From positions 832,001 through 896,000 of the forward strand of contig OY970320.1 in assembly GCA_963716745.1 (NCBI GenBank): a stretch of DNA of 64,000 bases. The letters run 5' to 3'. Every line of letters starts with the position of its first letter. The stretch's first letter is position 1. Position numbers and translations under genes: made by a program. Positions 30,194 to 42,334 of this stretch are shown piece after piece. This DNA comes from an uncultured Gemmatimonadaceae bacterium (GTDB lineage Bacteria; Gemmatimonadota; Gemmatimonadetes; Gemmatimonadales; Gemmatimonadaceae). The notes beneath the pieces are model-generated. The model searched no databases and had not been told where the DNA came from. It was given only the letters and a program-made list of their open reading frames with translations.

Positions 30194-30718
30194 TCAGCAG
30201 ACGCTAGCAGGCGCCTTGCCGGTGACCTGCAGCGAATCCAGGAACTTCCCGCTCCAGTTCCCTTCCTCGCTGCCGTCGGGCTTCGAGATCATCCAGTCGA
30301 TGATCTCCGACTGCGGCACGATGTATGGCTGCCGCAGCTGGTAGCCCTTCACAATGTTGATCTGGTTCCAGATCCGGCCGTAGACGTCGGCTTTGCCGAT
30401 GCTGTCCACCGCGACGAAGACCTGCTCGAACTTCCCCGAGCTGTCGTGCAGCACGGTCACCACGAAGAACGACTCTCCCTCGGGCAGGCCCGCCTTGAAC
30501 CGCTGCGCCGCGGCCGGGAACGCGGCCCGCGCCTTCGTGACGCAGGGCGCGAGCATCTTCCCCATCGCCGTCACGCTCCCCGCGGGCGCCGCCACCGGTG
30601 CATCGGTGGGCGCGTTGTCCGCGAGCGCCGGGTCGGGAACCAGCGCGGGCGAGGGTTTCCTGCCCGCGCACGCGACGGCGATCCCAAGGAGCAGAGCGAG
30701 CAGCGCTGACCGGACCAT
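30194..30718 (-). CDS. DUF2314-like lipoprotein
   Basis: Lipobox AVAC; 'EIIDWMISKPDGSEEGNWSGKFLD'. Confidence 0.75.
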   Translation of the reverse strand: MVRSALLALLLGIAVACAGRKPSPALVPDPALADNAPTDAPVAAPAGSVTAMGKMLAPCVTKARAAFPAAAQRFKAGLPEGESFFVVTVLHDSSGKFEQVFVAVDSIGKADVYGRIWNQINIVKGYQLRQPYIVPQSEIIDWMISKPDGSEEGNWSGKFLDSLQVTGKAPASVC

Positions 30719-30755
30719 CCATGCCTCCACGGCGAGTTGAGATACATTACCTCCC

Positions 30756-31956
30756 ATGCCCGACCTCTCGCCGGATGTCATGTATGTGCTGCTCATCTTC
30801 GGCATCTTCATCGTCTCGAGATACCTCGAGCGGTTCCGGATCCCGAGCGCCATCACCTGTGTCGCGATCGGCGTGGCGCTGGGCATCGGCGCCGGTGCCT
30901 TCCACGAGGCGCCGACGATCAGGATCTTCGCGGTGCTCGGCATCGTCTCGCTCTTCTTGTTCGCCGGCATGGAGGTGGACCTCCAGGAATTGAATCGTGG
31001 ACGCGCCGTTCTCGCGCAGCACCTCGTGATCCGCGCGTTGGTGATCGCCGGCGCGACATGGCTGATCCAACGCTTCCTCCATCTCGACACGCGCCCCGCG
31101 GTGCTCGTCGCGCTCGCACTGCTCACGCCGTCCACCGGATTCATCCTCTCGTCGCTCGCATCGCTTGATCTCAGCCCCGACGAGCGCTTCTGGATCAAAT
31201 CGAAAGCGATCGCCACCGAGATCGTCGCGCTCGCGGCGCTGTTCATCGCGCTGCAATCCACGTCGCCGGAAACGCTCGGACTGTCCACCGTGGCGCTCCT
31301 GCTCATGATCCTGCTGCTGCCGGTGATCTTCAAGATGTTCGCGCGCGCGATCCTGCCGTACGCGCCCAATACCGAGTTCGCGTTCCTCGTGATCGTCGCG
31401 CTCCTCTGCGCATCGCTTACCAAGAAGCTGGGCGTCTATTATCTCGTGGGGGCGTTCGTCGTGGGTGTTACCGAGCAGCGGCTGCGGACGGAACTCCCGG
31501 CGCTCGCCACCGACGGCCTGATGCGCGCGGTGGAGTTGTTCGCCTCGTTCTTCATTCCATTCTATTTTCTCGAGGCCGGGCTCACGCTCACGCCGGAAAA
31601 TTTCTCTCTCGCCGCGTTCGAGCTCGCCGGGATCTTCGTCGTGTGCGCGCTTGCCGGCGCAGCTCGTGATCGTGGCGCTGCACCGCCGGATCGCGCTCAA
31701 GGAGCCGATGCGCGCCGGCTTCAAAGTGGGCGCGTCGCTGCTGCCAACGCTCGTGTTCTCGATGGTGCTCGCCGGCATCCTGCGGGAACGATTCGCGGCC
31801 GCGCCGGCGTTAGTCGGCGCGATCATCATCTACGCGCTGGTCAATACGCTGCTTCCCGGCTTCTTCCTGCGCGCGCCCGTGCCCGATTACGATTCACCGA
31901 TGGTGCCGAGGCAGACGGTCGAGATGAGCGTTACCGAGCACGACGCGGCGAGCTAA
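30756..31956 (+). CDS. Cation:proton antiporter (CPA2/Na_H exchanger family; frameshift near 31650)
   Basis: 'LGIVSLFLFAGMEVD', 'YLVGAFVVG', 'FFIPFYF..AG'; about 12 TM helices. Confidence 0.85.
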
Positions 31957-31963
31957 GGACCTT

Positions 31964-32089
31964 AACGGCCGGGAACCGGTTACCGGGAACCGGTGTGGCA
32001 TGAAAAAACATGGCATACGACTGCGCGCAATGTCGTATGCCATGTGTTGTCATGCATCACCGGTTCCCGGTAACCGGTTCCCGGCTGTT
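31964..32089. repeat. Palindromic element family F (14-mer GGGAACCGGTTACC)
   Basis: AACGGCcgggaaccggttaccgggaaccggtg...caccggttcccggtaaccggttcccgGCTGTT. Confidence 0.92.
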
Positions 32090-32096
32090 GCGGTGA

Positions 32097-34759
32097 TTAT
32101 TTCTGCGCTCTCGCCTTCAGCTCCTCGAACCAATGCTCCGTCACCACGAGCAATCCCGACTCGCCCGCCGTCGTCTCGCGCAGCATGAGGAAGCGTTTGT
32201 CGTCCGGAGACACGGCGTACGGCGAAACGGTTCCCGTGACGACGAACGGCGTCAATGAAAAGAGCGTCCGCTGCTGCCCCACCGTGAAAGCCGGTACCGT
32301 GGTGATCGCGGCGGCCACGAGATCGCCGTTGTTATTCCGGAAGAACAGTTCCCGTCCACTGTGCGACCAGATCGGAGCGGTCCCGCCCGCAGTGGACACC
32401 TGCCAGCGCGCGGAAGACACGTTGGGGAATGGGCGCACGTACGTCTCGAACACGCCGGACTCATCCGACGCGTACGCGATCCACTTGCCGTCGGGAGAGA
32501 GTGCGGGCGATACCTCGCGCGCCGGCGTCGCAATGATCGGCGCGAGGAGCGTGTCGCCGACGTGGCCGGCGTAGATGTCGCCGTTCCCCGCCTCCCCGAT
32601 CACGCGCCGCCCGATCAGCCACTTGCCGTCGGCCGACATGAGCGCCTGCCCCATCGCGATCTTCGGCGAGAGCAGACGCGTTGCCGGACCGATCCCGTCC
32701 GCGCGCTTCACGGTCGGCACGCCGCCACCATCGCCGCGGTCGGCAAGGAACATCACATCGGTCCCGCCAGGCACCCACGACGGACGCACGAAGGACGTAT
32801 CACCGAACGTGATACGCGAGAATGGCCCACCGTTCAGGCGTTTCACCCAGATATCCGACTTCGCGCCGCGCAGCAGATCCACCGCCACAGACCGGCCGTC
32901 GGGTGAGAGCGAAAGCGAATTGATCGTGCCTTCCATCTTCCACGTGGAATCCGTGCGACTGGCCAGCCCCTCGCGCGTCACCCACACCACCTCGCGATCG
33001 GAGGCCTGGCTCGCCGTCTGGAAGACCAGCGTCCCGGTGGCCGACAGTGCGACCTCGGCCCCGAACGGGCTCGGCTCGAGTCCCTCGTACAGACCGATCG
33101 GCGCGCCGGTCAATTCCATCTTGCCCGGGTCGAACGGAATGGCGAGCAACTTCCCCTCGCTCGTCACGACCACGAGATGGCCGCTCGGCGAGTAGCGTGC
33201 GTACACCCCCCTCACGAGGCTGCGCGCTTTTCCCGTGGGGAGCGGCTGCACCATGATCTGGTAATCCGCCGGCGTCTCCGACGCGTGCCGCACGCGGAAG
33301 AGCATTCCCTTCGCGCCAGGCAAGATGACGGGCCACTCTGAGCCGAGCACCTTCTCACCCGCCGGGAAGCGATAAACCGCTTCCGCCTTCCCGCCCGTGG
33401 ATAGGATACGGTCGATCCCGGAATCGACTTCGAAATAGACGTAGCCGTCGCTTCCCCAATCCGCGGCCGTCGCGTTCGCGCTATCGGTGAGGCTCAGTGA
33501 CGAGCCCACCATCGAGCGGAAGGATGCGGACCGTCTTCCCATCCTTGATGAAGCCGAGCTCGCGCCCGTCGGGCGAGAAGAAGGGACTGACCGCGCCCTC
33601 GGTACCGGCGAGCGGCGTCGGGCGGATCTGATCGGCTTCCTTGATCCACAGACGCGTCGTGCCCTCGCCGCGTCCGGTGTACACGATGCGTTTTCCGTCG
33701 GGCGAGATCGCGACGCGGCCGCCGAGTGCGCCGGCGCTCACCGCTTCCAACGGGCGCAGGAACACGGCATAGCGATTCATGAACGGGCGCGGCGCGGGGC
33801 GGAACCATCCCCACGCGGCAAGGATCGCGAGCAGTGTGATCGCGGCGGCCGCGAGCATGCGCGGCTTCTTTGACGCCGGCGCTGCGGCCATCGCGAATCC
33901 GGTGCCCGACGTCATGCTCGCGGTGGCGGGTTCGCTGAGCGCCTTCACGAACGCGTCGGCGGTCGGGAACCGATCGGCCGGCAGTTTCGCCAGCGCGCGA
34001 TGCACCGCGAGCTCGACATTGAGCGGCACCGAGCGTCGTCGCGCGGTGATGCGCTCGGGCTCCTTCGTGACGACGGCGGCGATCACCGCTTGCACCGTGG
34101 GTCCGGTGTGCGGCGGCTCGCCGACGAGCATCTCATAGAGCAGGCAGCCGAGCGAGTAGACATCCGCGCGCGCGTCGAGCGTGCGCTCGCCCGTCGCCTG
34201 CTCGGGGCTCATGTAGCCGGGCGTGCCGAGCGAGAGTCCCGTTTCCGTCATGCGATTGCCGCCCGCGTGCGTGACCGCGAGCGCGATGCCGAAATCGGCG
34301 ACGAGCGCCTGGCCGTCCTGCAGCAGCACGTTCTCGGGCTTGATGTCGCGGTGGATCACGCCGTGCCGGTGCGCGAAATCCAGCGCGCCGCCGATCTCCT
34401 TCGCGAGGCGCACGGCGTCGTCCACCGGCAGCTGATGCTCGCGCTTGAGCCGGTCGCGCAGGACTCTCGCCTTCGACGTACGGCATCACGTAGAAGAGGA
34501 ACCCGTCCGCCTGCCCCGAATCGAAGAGCGGCAGGATATGCGAATGCTGCAGCGCCGCCGTGGTCTTGATCTCCGCGAGGAATCGCTCGGCGCCGATCAC
34601 GGCGGCGAGCTCGGGGCGCAGCACCTTGAGCGCGACCTTGCGGTCGTGCTTCAAGTCGTGTGCGAGATACACCGTGGCCATGCCGCCCGCGCCAAGCTCG
34701 CGCTCGAGACGGTAACGGTCGGCGAGCGCGGCGATGAGACGTTCGGGTGCTTCGGGCAA
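32097..34759 (-). CDS. Ser/Thr protein kinase with TolB-like beta-propeller (frameshifts near 34465 and 33520)
   Basis: GAGGMATVY, HRDIKPEN, DFG and GTPGYMSPEQ motifs; SPDG repeats. Three ORF fragments join. Confidence 0.9.
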
Positions 34760-34855
34760 GGGACCTCTATTGGGGCGGCGAAGGGCGGCGCTCGGCAGTA
34801 GGCGCTCGGACTACAAACTACGAGACGACGAACGAGTCCGCGAGGAGGGAACGGA

Positions 34856-34981
34856 AACGACCGGGAACCGATTGCCGGGAACCGGTGATGCATGAAAACA
34901 CATGGCATACGACATCGCGCGATGTCGTATGCCATGTGTTGTTATGCCATACCGGTTCCCGGTAATCGGTTCCCGGCGGTT
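34856..34981. repeat. Palindromic element family F
   Basis: AACGACcgggaaccgattgcc...ggtaatcggttcccgGCGGTT, followed by a second GCAGTT that overlaps a TAA. Confidence 0.92.
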
Positions 34982-34985
34982 GCAG

Positions 34986-37900
34986 TTAAGGCTCGTCAGT
35001 CTCCTCGTCTTCCGACTCAACGGGCACATTCCCCGTTCCTCTCGCCGCCGCCGCTTTCCCTCCCGATCCCGCCGGGCACTTCGGCGCGGTGACGCCGGTC
35101 GCCGCCGCGATCGGCTTCGCACCGCCCGCACTGAGCGCCGCGTTCAGCGTCGTCAGATCCGCTCCGTTGAGCGTCTTCCATCGAGCCGCCGTCATGCTCA
35201 GGTCATAGCACGCCGACGCATATCCGTCGTTCATCGCCGCCGTCGGCGCCAGGTCGCCGTTCTCCTGCGCGCCGTACTGCCCCGAGAAATTCCCGTACAC
35301 CGAGAAGAAGTTCGGCGCGGGTCGCGCCGGCCCGCGGCCGAATCGGCGTACGCCATTCTCGTTGCCGCCAACGCTGTCGAGCTTCGCGCGGAACGTCGCG
35401 ATCGCTTTCGCGAGATCCGACGTGGAATCTGCGGGCTTCGCCGCATCGAGCGCTGCGCGGATCGCCGCCGCCTGCTGGTACCCGTCCCACGAGAGGCGCA
35501 TGCCGTTCAGGAGATTCGTGAGCAGCGCATACTGCGCCGTCACGTCCTTGGTGCTCGCCGGCGATCGCGGATCGTTCGTGACAGTGAGCGGTTGCGTGTA
35601 CGCCGTGCCGTTCACGGTGAGCTTGATGCTATACGTGCCGGGCGGCACGAGCGCGCCGAGCGGCGACGCGGGCGTGAGATAGGGATTCGCATTGATCTCG
35701 TACGTGTGCATGAACGCGTCCGGCGCGTCGGTGCGCAGGTCCCAGTTCACGCGATTCGTGCCGGCCGCCACCGGCATCGGCTTCGGGATCTCGATCCAGA
35801 AATTCGGCTCGGGCGGCTGCGCGGCCTCCTTCACCGGCGTGATCGGCGCGCTCGACATGTGGCGCACCACGGCGCCCTTCGCATCCGATACTTCCATGGT
35901 GATCTCGCCCGCCGGGTGTGATGCGAGCCAGTAGTAGATGATCGCGCCGTCGGGCGGATTCAGCGCGTGCGGCACATCCGCGGGGAACGGCGTGTTGTAG
36001 CCCACGTTCCGTCGCACGCGCACCGCCGGGTCGGGCTTGAAGAGATGCACGGGTTCCGCGGCGATCGCCGGCGTCATCTGCCGGAGTACTGCCGCGTCGT
36101 CCAGGATCCAGAATGCCGCGGCCATATGAGCCGACGATCAGGTCGTTCGCCGCGAACGTGATGTCGCGGTACGACGTGACGGGCAGATTCAGCTGCAGCG
36201 ATTGCCACTCGTCGCCGTCATTGAACGATACGTACACGCCGCTCTCGGTGCCGACATAGAGCAGTCCGGCGCGCTTGGGATCCGCGCGCACGACGCGCGC
36301 GGTGCTGCCGGCCGGCTCGCCGGTGGGCAATCCGTTCACGATGCTCGTCCACGTCTTGCCGAAATCGCGCGTGCGATAGACATACGGCGAGTAGTCGCCC
36401 ATGCGCGAGACATTCACGACCGCGTACGCGGTGCCCTCCTGCGTCGGCGAAAGCGAGAGGCCCTCGACGAGCGCGCGCGTCGGATAGGGGATCTTGGGGA
36501 TCGACGCGTCGTTCCACGTTTTCCCATTGTCGCGCGTGTACTTGACGAGCCCGTTATTCGTGCCGACCCAGATCGTACCCTTTGCCAGTGAGGACGCGGC
36601 GATCACTTCGATCGCGCCGAGCGTCGCCGCGCCCGGCGGCGGGATCACGGTGTCGGCGAGCGGCGTCACGCCCGCGGGGAACGTGAGGTCGCTGCTGATT
36701 CGCGTCCAATGCGCACCCGCGTCGGTAGTCGTGTACACGTACTGGAATCCGGTGATCAACTCGTGCTTGTCCCACGGAGCCCACACGAGCGGCTGCGACG
36801 ACGTGGTGCGCAAGCGCAGCGACGGATCGGCCGACGGACTCACGGAGATCCACTGCTCGCTCGGGAAACTGATCTTGTTGATGCCGTTGCCACTCGAGTA
36901 CACGGTGTTCGGGTCGAGCGGATCGGGGATCACAGTGCCCCATTCCCATCCGTTCACCGGACTCCAATCCATCGGTGTGATCGCGCCCAAATTGCCGCGG
37001 CTGCGCGTGCGCACCGCGCCGGCGTCCTGCTGCGTGGCGTACACCCAATAGCCGAAGGTGTTGTCGGTGGAGATGTGGTAGACCTGCTCGGTGTTCTGGT
37101 TGTACCACGAGCTCCAGCTCGCGCCGCCGTCGAAGGTGACGATCGCGCCCTGATCGTAGCCGAGGAGGATGCGCTTGCCGTTCGTGGGATCGATCCAGTT
37201 CGCCTGCGGATCGTCGCCGCCTGGCGCGCCCCGGAAACCGGTGAACGTGTTGCCGCCATCGGTGCTCTTGTACGCCGCGGTGTTGAACGTGTAGACGACG
37301 TCAGGATCGGTGGGATCCACGAAGAGTCCGCAGTTGTAGCCGCCCTGTCCGTTCCGGATGCGGCGATCGCTCGCGTCCATCTGGCGCCACGTGGTGCCGC
37401 CGTCGTCGGAACGATAGAGACCATCATTCGTGATGAAGTACACGCGCTGCGCGTTCGTGGTCATCGCGACGGCGATGTAGGTGCGGCCGCTGAAGCGCGG
37501 CAGCCCGCCGCCGGTGAGTTCCTTCCACGTGGCGCCGCCGTCGATCGACTTGTACATGCTCGTACCGGTCGGCGCGTTCGGCGCCGCGACCGGCGGCGCG
37601 GGCGAGATGCCACTCGGCGGCAGCGGTGCGAAGTAGTGCTTGATCGTCGTGGCGAACACGACGTCGGGCCGGTCGTACGCACTCGCGAGCGCTTGCACGC
37701 CCATGGAATCGTTCACGAAGAGTGTTTGCGTGTACGTCGCGCCGCCGTTCGTGCTGCGGTAGATACCACGTGCGTTGCTCTTGGCGTGCAAATTGCCCGC
37801 CGCGGCGACGAGGAAGGTGCCCGGGTCGCGTGGATCGACAAGGATGGCCGGGATCTGCTTGGTGTCCTCGAGACCGATGTGCGTCCACGTGCGGCCGGCG

Positions 37901-38271
37901 TCGATCGACTTGTAGAGTCCGTTGCCCTCGTTGATCGTTCCGCCCGTGACCTGATCGCCGGTGCCCACGTACACCGTGTTCGGATCCGACGGCGCCACCG
38001 CGACCGCGCCGATGGAGGAGACGCCGGGCACCCCGTCGAACACCGGGAACCAGACTTCGCCCGCGCTCGTGGTCTTCCAGACACCACCCGCGGGCGTGCC
38101 CACATAGAACGTGCCTGGTTCACCGATCGCGCCGGATGCGGAGGAGATACGACCGCCACGGAAGGGGCCAATGCTGCGCCAGACCAGACCGTGGAGCATG
38201 TCGGGCGGAATGGGAGTGGCGGCGAGGGCGACGAGAGTGGTGAGAGCGAGAAGCGAACGAAACTTGGTCAT
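34986..38271 (-). CDS. VPS10/sortilin-like BNR-repeat (putative glycosyl hydrolase) protein (frameshift near 36112)
   Basis: 'WRSIGPFRGGR', repeated S.DGG.TW Asp-boxes, 'PGTYSIKLTVNG...DPR'. Confidence 0.9.
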
Positions 38272-38299
38272 TCCGAACTCCCAAGGAATCGGTGAATAG

Positions 38300-38436
38300 A
38301 ACCGCTAGAGGCGGGGTTAGTACCGCTGACGGCGTGTGTGGCCATAGCGTTGGGCACGGCGGCCTCCATGGAGGTTGCCGTTCCCAACGCCAAAGCTAAC
38401 GCGCCGTTAGCGGTACCAACCCCGCCGTCAGCGGTT
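38300..38436. repeat. Palindromic element family H (TAGTACCGCT core)
   Basis: AACCGCtagaggcggggttagtaccgctgacggcg...cgccgttagcggtaccaaccccgccgtcaGCGGTT. Confidence 0.85.
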
Positions 38437-38542
38437 CCACCGCGCCGCTATGGTCTCCGTACGTCAAATGTAGGCCCCGCGTTGCAATGCGAGTGATCTC
38501 CCTACATACTCTCCCACCACCATTCTACGCCGAGAACGTGCA

Positions 38543-39342
38543 ATGTCTAAGGTCTCCACGAGAGCCACGATCGGACTCAACGGACAGCCGCTCCCGATCC
38601 TGCCGCCGGACCGCGACGCGCGCGTGTGGGCGCGCCTCGTTCGCGTCATGTTCTACACACCCGGTTTCATGGCGATCCTGCTCATCAAGACGGGAGAGCC
38701 AGCCGGTTTCGGCATCTCGGTGGAGCTGCTCATGCTCTCGAGCGCGTCGGCGATCGTGGCCGGTCTGTTCATCGGCACGCAATCCGGGGCGGGCGGCGCG
38801 ACGGCGTCGAGTCGCGTGGGCAACTGGAGCGGGGCGCTGGTGCTCGAGCTGTTGAGCGCGGTGCCGTTCCTCTGCGCCCTGCCCTCGCTCTTCCACGAAC
38901 TCGCGACCAGCAATCTCCTGCACGCGGCCGCGCCCAGCGCCATCGACACCAGCCTCGGCGCGTCGGAGTTGCTGCCGCTCGTCGCGGTGCTGCCTTTCGT
39001 GCTGTACCAGTTGAGCGGCTTCGGCACGATGAGCTATGTGCTGCCGAAGGCGGTGGACTGGCTCGTGAATCTTTCGATCGTGCTGCTCGATCATCGTGAG
39101 TTACTACTTCAATCGCACGATGGATTACGCGAACGAGCGGCACGCGGTGGGGCTGCTCGTGATCATCATGGCGCTCACCGTGATCTTCGGCGTGCTGAAG
39201 CTGCGCAGCCTGCAAGCCGAGTTCGACGCGAACGCGCCGCCGGAAGCCCGAGCCGAAGAAGAAGGACAAGAAGGACAAGAAGGACAAGAAACACAAACAT
39301 GATCACGACGACGACGCGCCCGAGGCTGCGCCGGCGGCGTAG
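38543..39342 (+). CDS. Hypothetical multi-pass membrane protein (frameshifts near 39088 and 39243)
   Basis: Several hydrophobic segments. Probable true C-terminus PKKKDKKDKKDKKHKHDHDDDAPEAAPAA-TAG. Confidence 0.65.
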
Positions 39343-39346
39343 AACA

Positions 39347-39435
39347 AACTGCTTTGACAGGATGAACATGATGGGCATGATGACTGCATTCGAACGCAGT
39401 CATCATGCCCATCATGTTCATCCTGTCAAGCAGTT
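39347..39435. repeat. Palindromic element family E
   Basis: AACTGCtttgacaggatgaacatgatgggcatgatg...catcatgcccatcatgttcatcctgtcaaGCAGTT. Confidence 0.92.
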
Positions 39436-39438
39436 CGT

Positions 39439-42119
39439 TTACTGCGCTGCGGTCTGCCCCGCGAGTCGTTGTCTCAGTTCCGCGCGCCAATTGTAAACGA
39501 CCTGAAGCTCCGCCTCCTCGGCGGGCTTCATGAACAGGAAATGCTGGCCGTCCGGCGCGACGTCGTAATTCGCGTGTGGCAGAGTGGAGCCGAGGAAATG
39601 GTCCTCGAATAGCTCCTCGTGGCCCGTCACCTCGAAGCCGCCGGCGGTGCGCACGGTGGCGACCGTGAATTTCTGGTTGTCGCGATAGTAGATCCGCTTG
39701 CCGTCGCGCGACCACACCGGTTCGACCCCGCCACCGACAGAGACCTGTGTGCGCGCGCCGGGTCCCGGGAACGGCTGCACGACCACTTGCGGCTCCCCGG
39801 ATTCATCGGTCACGAACGCGACCCAGTTGCCGTCCGGCGAGATGCGCGCCATGTCCTCCACGAACGTCGGCGAATTCGCGATGGCCTTCGGCGCCGTGTC
39901 GCCGGCGAGCGCGCGGTAGTAGACGTCGGCGCCCGTGGTGTCGAGCTGGTAGACCAACCAGCGCGCGTTCGGCGTGATCACGCCCTCGAAGAAACCCGCG
40001 CCCGTCTGCTGGAGCAGCGGCACCGCGGGTTCGCTGAGATCGGCGCGACGCCACCAGAGCGAGGAAAAACCACCCGCGTCGTACCGGAAGAGGATCTTCT
40101 TGCCGTCGGGGGTCCACTCGGGGCGCTCGTTGACGGTGCCTCCCGTCGTCAGCCGGGACGGCGTGCCCGACGCGACGTCGACCACCCAAATGTCACTGCG
40201 ACTCGCCGTGTTGATCCCGATCGCGATCCGCTTCCCGTCGGGAGAGTAGCGCGGATAGTTGTAGCCGCGCTCCTCCGGGATGAGCGGGCGGCCGGCGCCA
40301 TGCGCGTCCACGAGCATGAGCTGTGCGACCGACGAGCCGGATTGGAAGAGGAGCGTCCCGTTGGTCGACACCGCGGCCTGCACCGCGCCCGTGAGCAGGT
40401 TTCCCGCGACATCGGACTGCAGCACCACCGGCGTTCGCACGATCCGCTGCCGTCCGGCGTCGAACGGCGCTGCCATGATGACGCCCGTGGTCGTCGCATA
40501 GATCACCGCGCCGTCGATGACCGCGAGCGGGGAGATCGCCGCCACGTCCAGCACGGACCGCTTTCCCGTCACGAGCGAGAGGACGGCGAGCCGGCCGCGC
40601 ACCGCCGTCGAGGCGTCGAGCTGATGTAGAGGACCGTCGATCCGTCGCCGATGGCCACGGGTTGCAGTTCGACGCCGCCTTGGCCGGCGGTATCGCGTAC
40701 CGGGACCGGGCGCGGTGCCGAGCCGCCGCCCTCGGGCACCGTATACAAGTGCGCGTTGTTCGCGAAGACGATCTGTCCGTTGCGCGCCCATGATATGCCC
40801 TGCACCGTACCCGGGGCCGGGGCCAGTTGTATGGGAGTGCCGCCCCCGAACGGGACCTTCATGATGGCGCCGGCGGCCAGGAAGCCGATCCACTTCCCGT
40901 CGGGAGAGAAGAACACCGCGGTCGCTCCCTCGGTGCCGGTCACGGGGCGCATGTGGACATCGTCGATCGCCCGCACGAAGACGCGCGCGGAGAGATTCTC
41001 GCCGGCACCGATGAACGCGAAGGTGCGGCCATCGGGCGAGATCGCCAGCTTGGTCTGCTGCGTGCTCGACGTCCAGGCGTGCCCGCTGCCCGAGATGTCG
41101 AGCGTGAATCGCACCGTGGTGGCCGGATCGATGCGACGTGCGACGTTCCATTGCCACACTCCAAGACCGAGCCCCGCCGCGGCGAGCACAGCGAGCGCGA
41201 GCACGGCGGGATCCTTGATGCGCGCGCGCCAACCGCTCGCGGGCGGCGCGGCGAAACGCGACACCGTGCCGCGCGCGCCGCTCGCCGACGCCCTGCCCTG
41301 CAGTACCTCGGCGAATTCGCGCGCGGAGGCCCAGCGGTCGGCTGGGATCTTCTCCAGCGCGCGGTCGAGCGCGATCTCGACGTGCTCCGGCAGATTGGGC
41401 CGCATCGAGCGCACGCTGCGCGGGCGGTCGGTGAGCACGCGCGCGATGATCGCCTGCATCGTGTTGCCGGTGTGCGGCGGTTCGCCGGTGAGCATCTCGT
41501 ACGTCACGGCGGCGAGCGAATAGATGTCGCTGCGGCGGTCGATCACGCGGTCGCCCGTCGCCTGCTCGGGGCTCATGTACTGCGGCGTGCCGAGCGAGAG
41601 TCCCGTCTGCGTGACGCGCGCGCCGCCGGCGTTGCTCACCGCGAGCGCGATGCCGAAATCGGCCACCACCGCCTGCCCGCCCTGCAGCAGGATGTTCTCG
41701 GGCTTCAAGTCGCGGTGGATCACGCCGTGCTCGTGCGCGTACTCGAGCGCGCTCGCGACGGCGACCGCGATGCCGATCGCCTCATCGGTGGGCAGTTGCT
41801 TCTCGCGCTCGAGCCGCGCGCGCAGACTTTCGCCATCCACGAACGGCATCACATAGAACAGCAGCCCATTCGCCTCGCCGCTGTCGAACAGCGGCAGCAG
41901 ATGCGGGTGCTGCAAGTTCGCGGTGACCTTGATCTCGCTCAGGAATCGCTCGACGCCGAGCACCGCGCCGAGTTCCGGATTCAGGAGTTTGAGCGCGACG
42001 AGCCGGTCGTGGCGCAGATCGCGCGCGAGGTACACCGTGGCCATGCCGCCGCGGCCGATCTCGCGATCGATCACGTAGCGGCTCGCGAGGTTCATGTTCA
42101 ATTGCGCAATCGGTTCCAT
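39439..42119 (-). CDS. Ser/Thr protein kinase with TolB-like beta-propeller (frameshift near 40610)
   Basis: GRGGMATVY, HRDLKPEN, DFG and GTPQYMSPEQ motifs; SPDG/WSRDG repeats. Confidence 0.92.
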
Positions 42120-42154
42120 GAAGGCGCGATGCTCCCGATCTGGAGGAGAGTTAC

Positions 42155-42334
42155 GGCGCGTCTAGGCCTTAGTACCGCTGGAAAGGCGCGTCTGGCAACT
42201 GAGCGTATAGTACGGCATGGCGTGAGTGGTGGAGTGCGTGGAACCTACTCACGCCGAGCAGTACCATACGCTCAGTTGCCAGACGCGCCGTTTCAGCGGT
42301 ACTAGGGCCCACACGCGCTATTACAGCGGTACTA
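42155..42334. repeat. Palindromic element family H
   Basis: tagtaccgctggaaaggcgcgtctggcaactgagcgtat...atacgctcagttgccagacgcgccgtttcagcggtacta, plus an extra cagcggtactag overlapping the cyclophilin stop. Confidence 0.85.
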
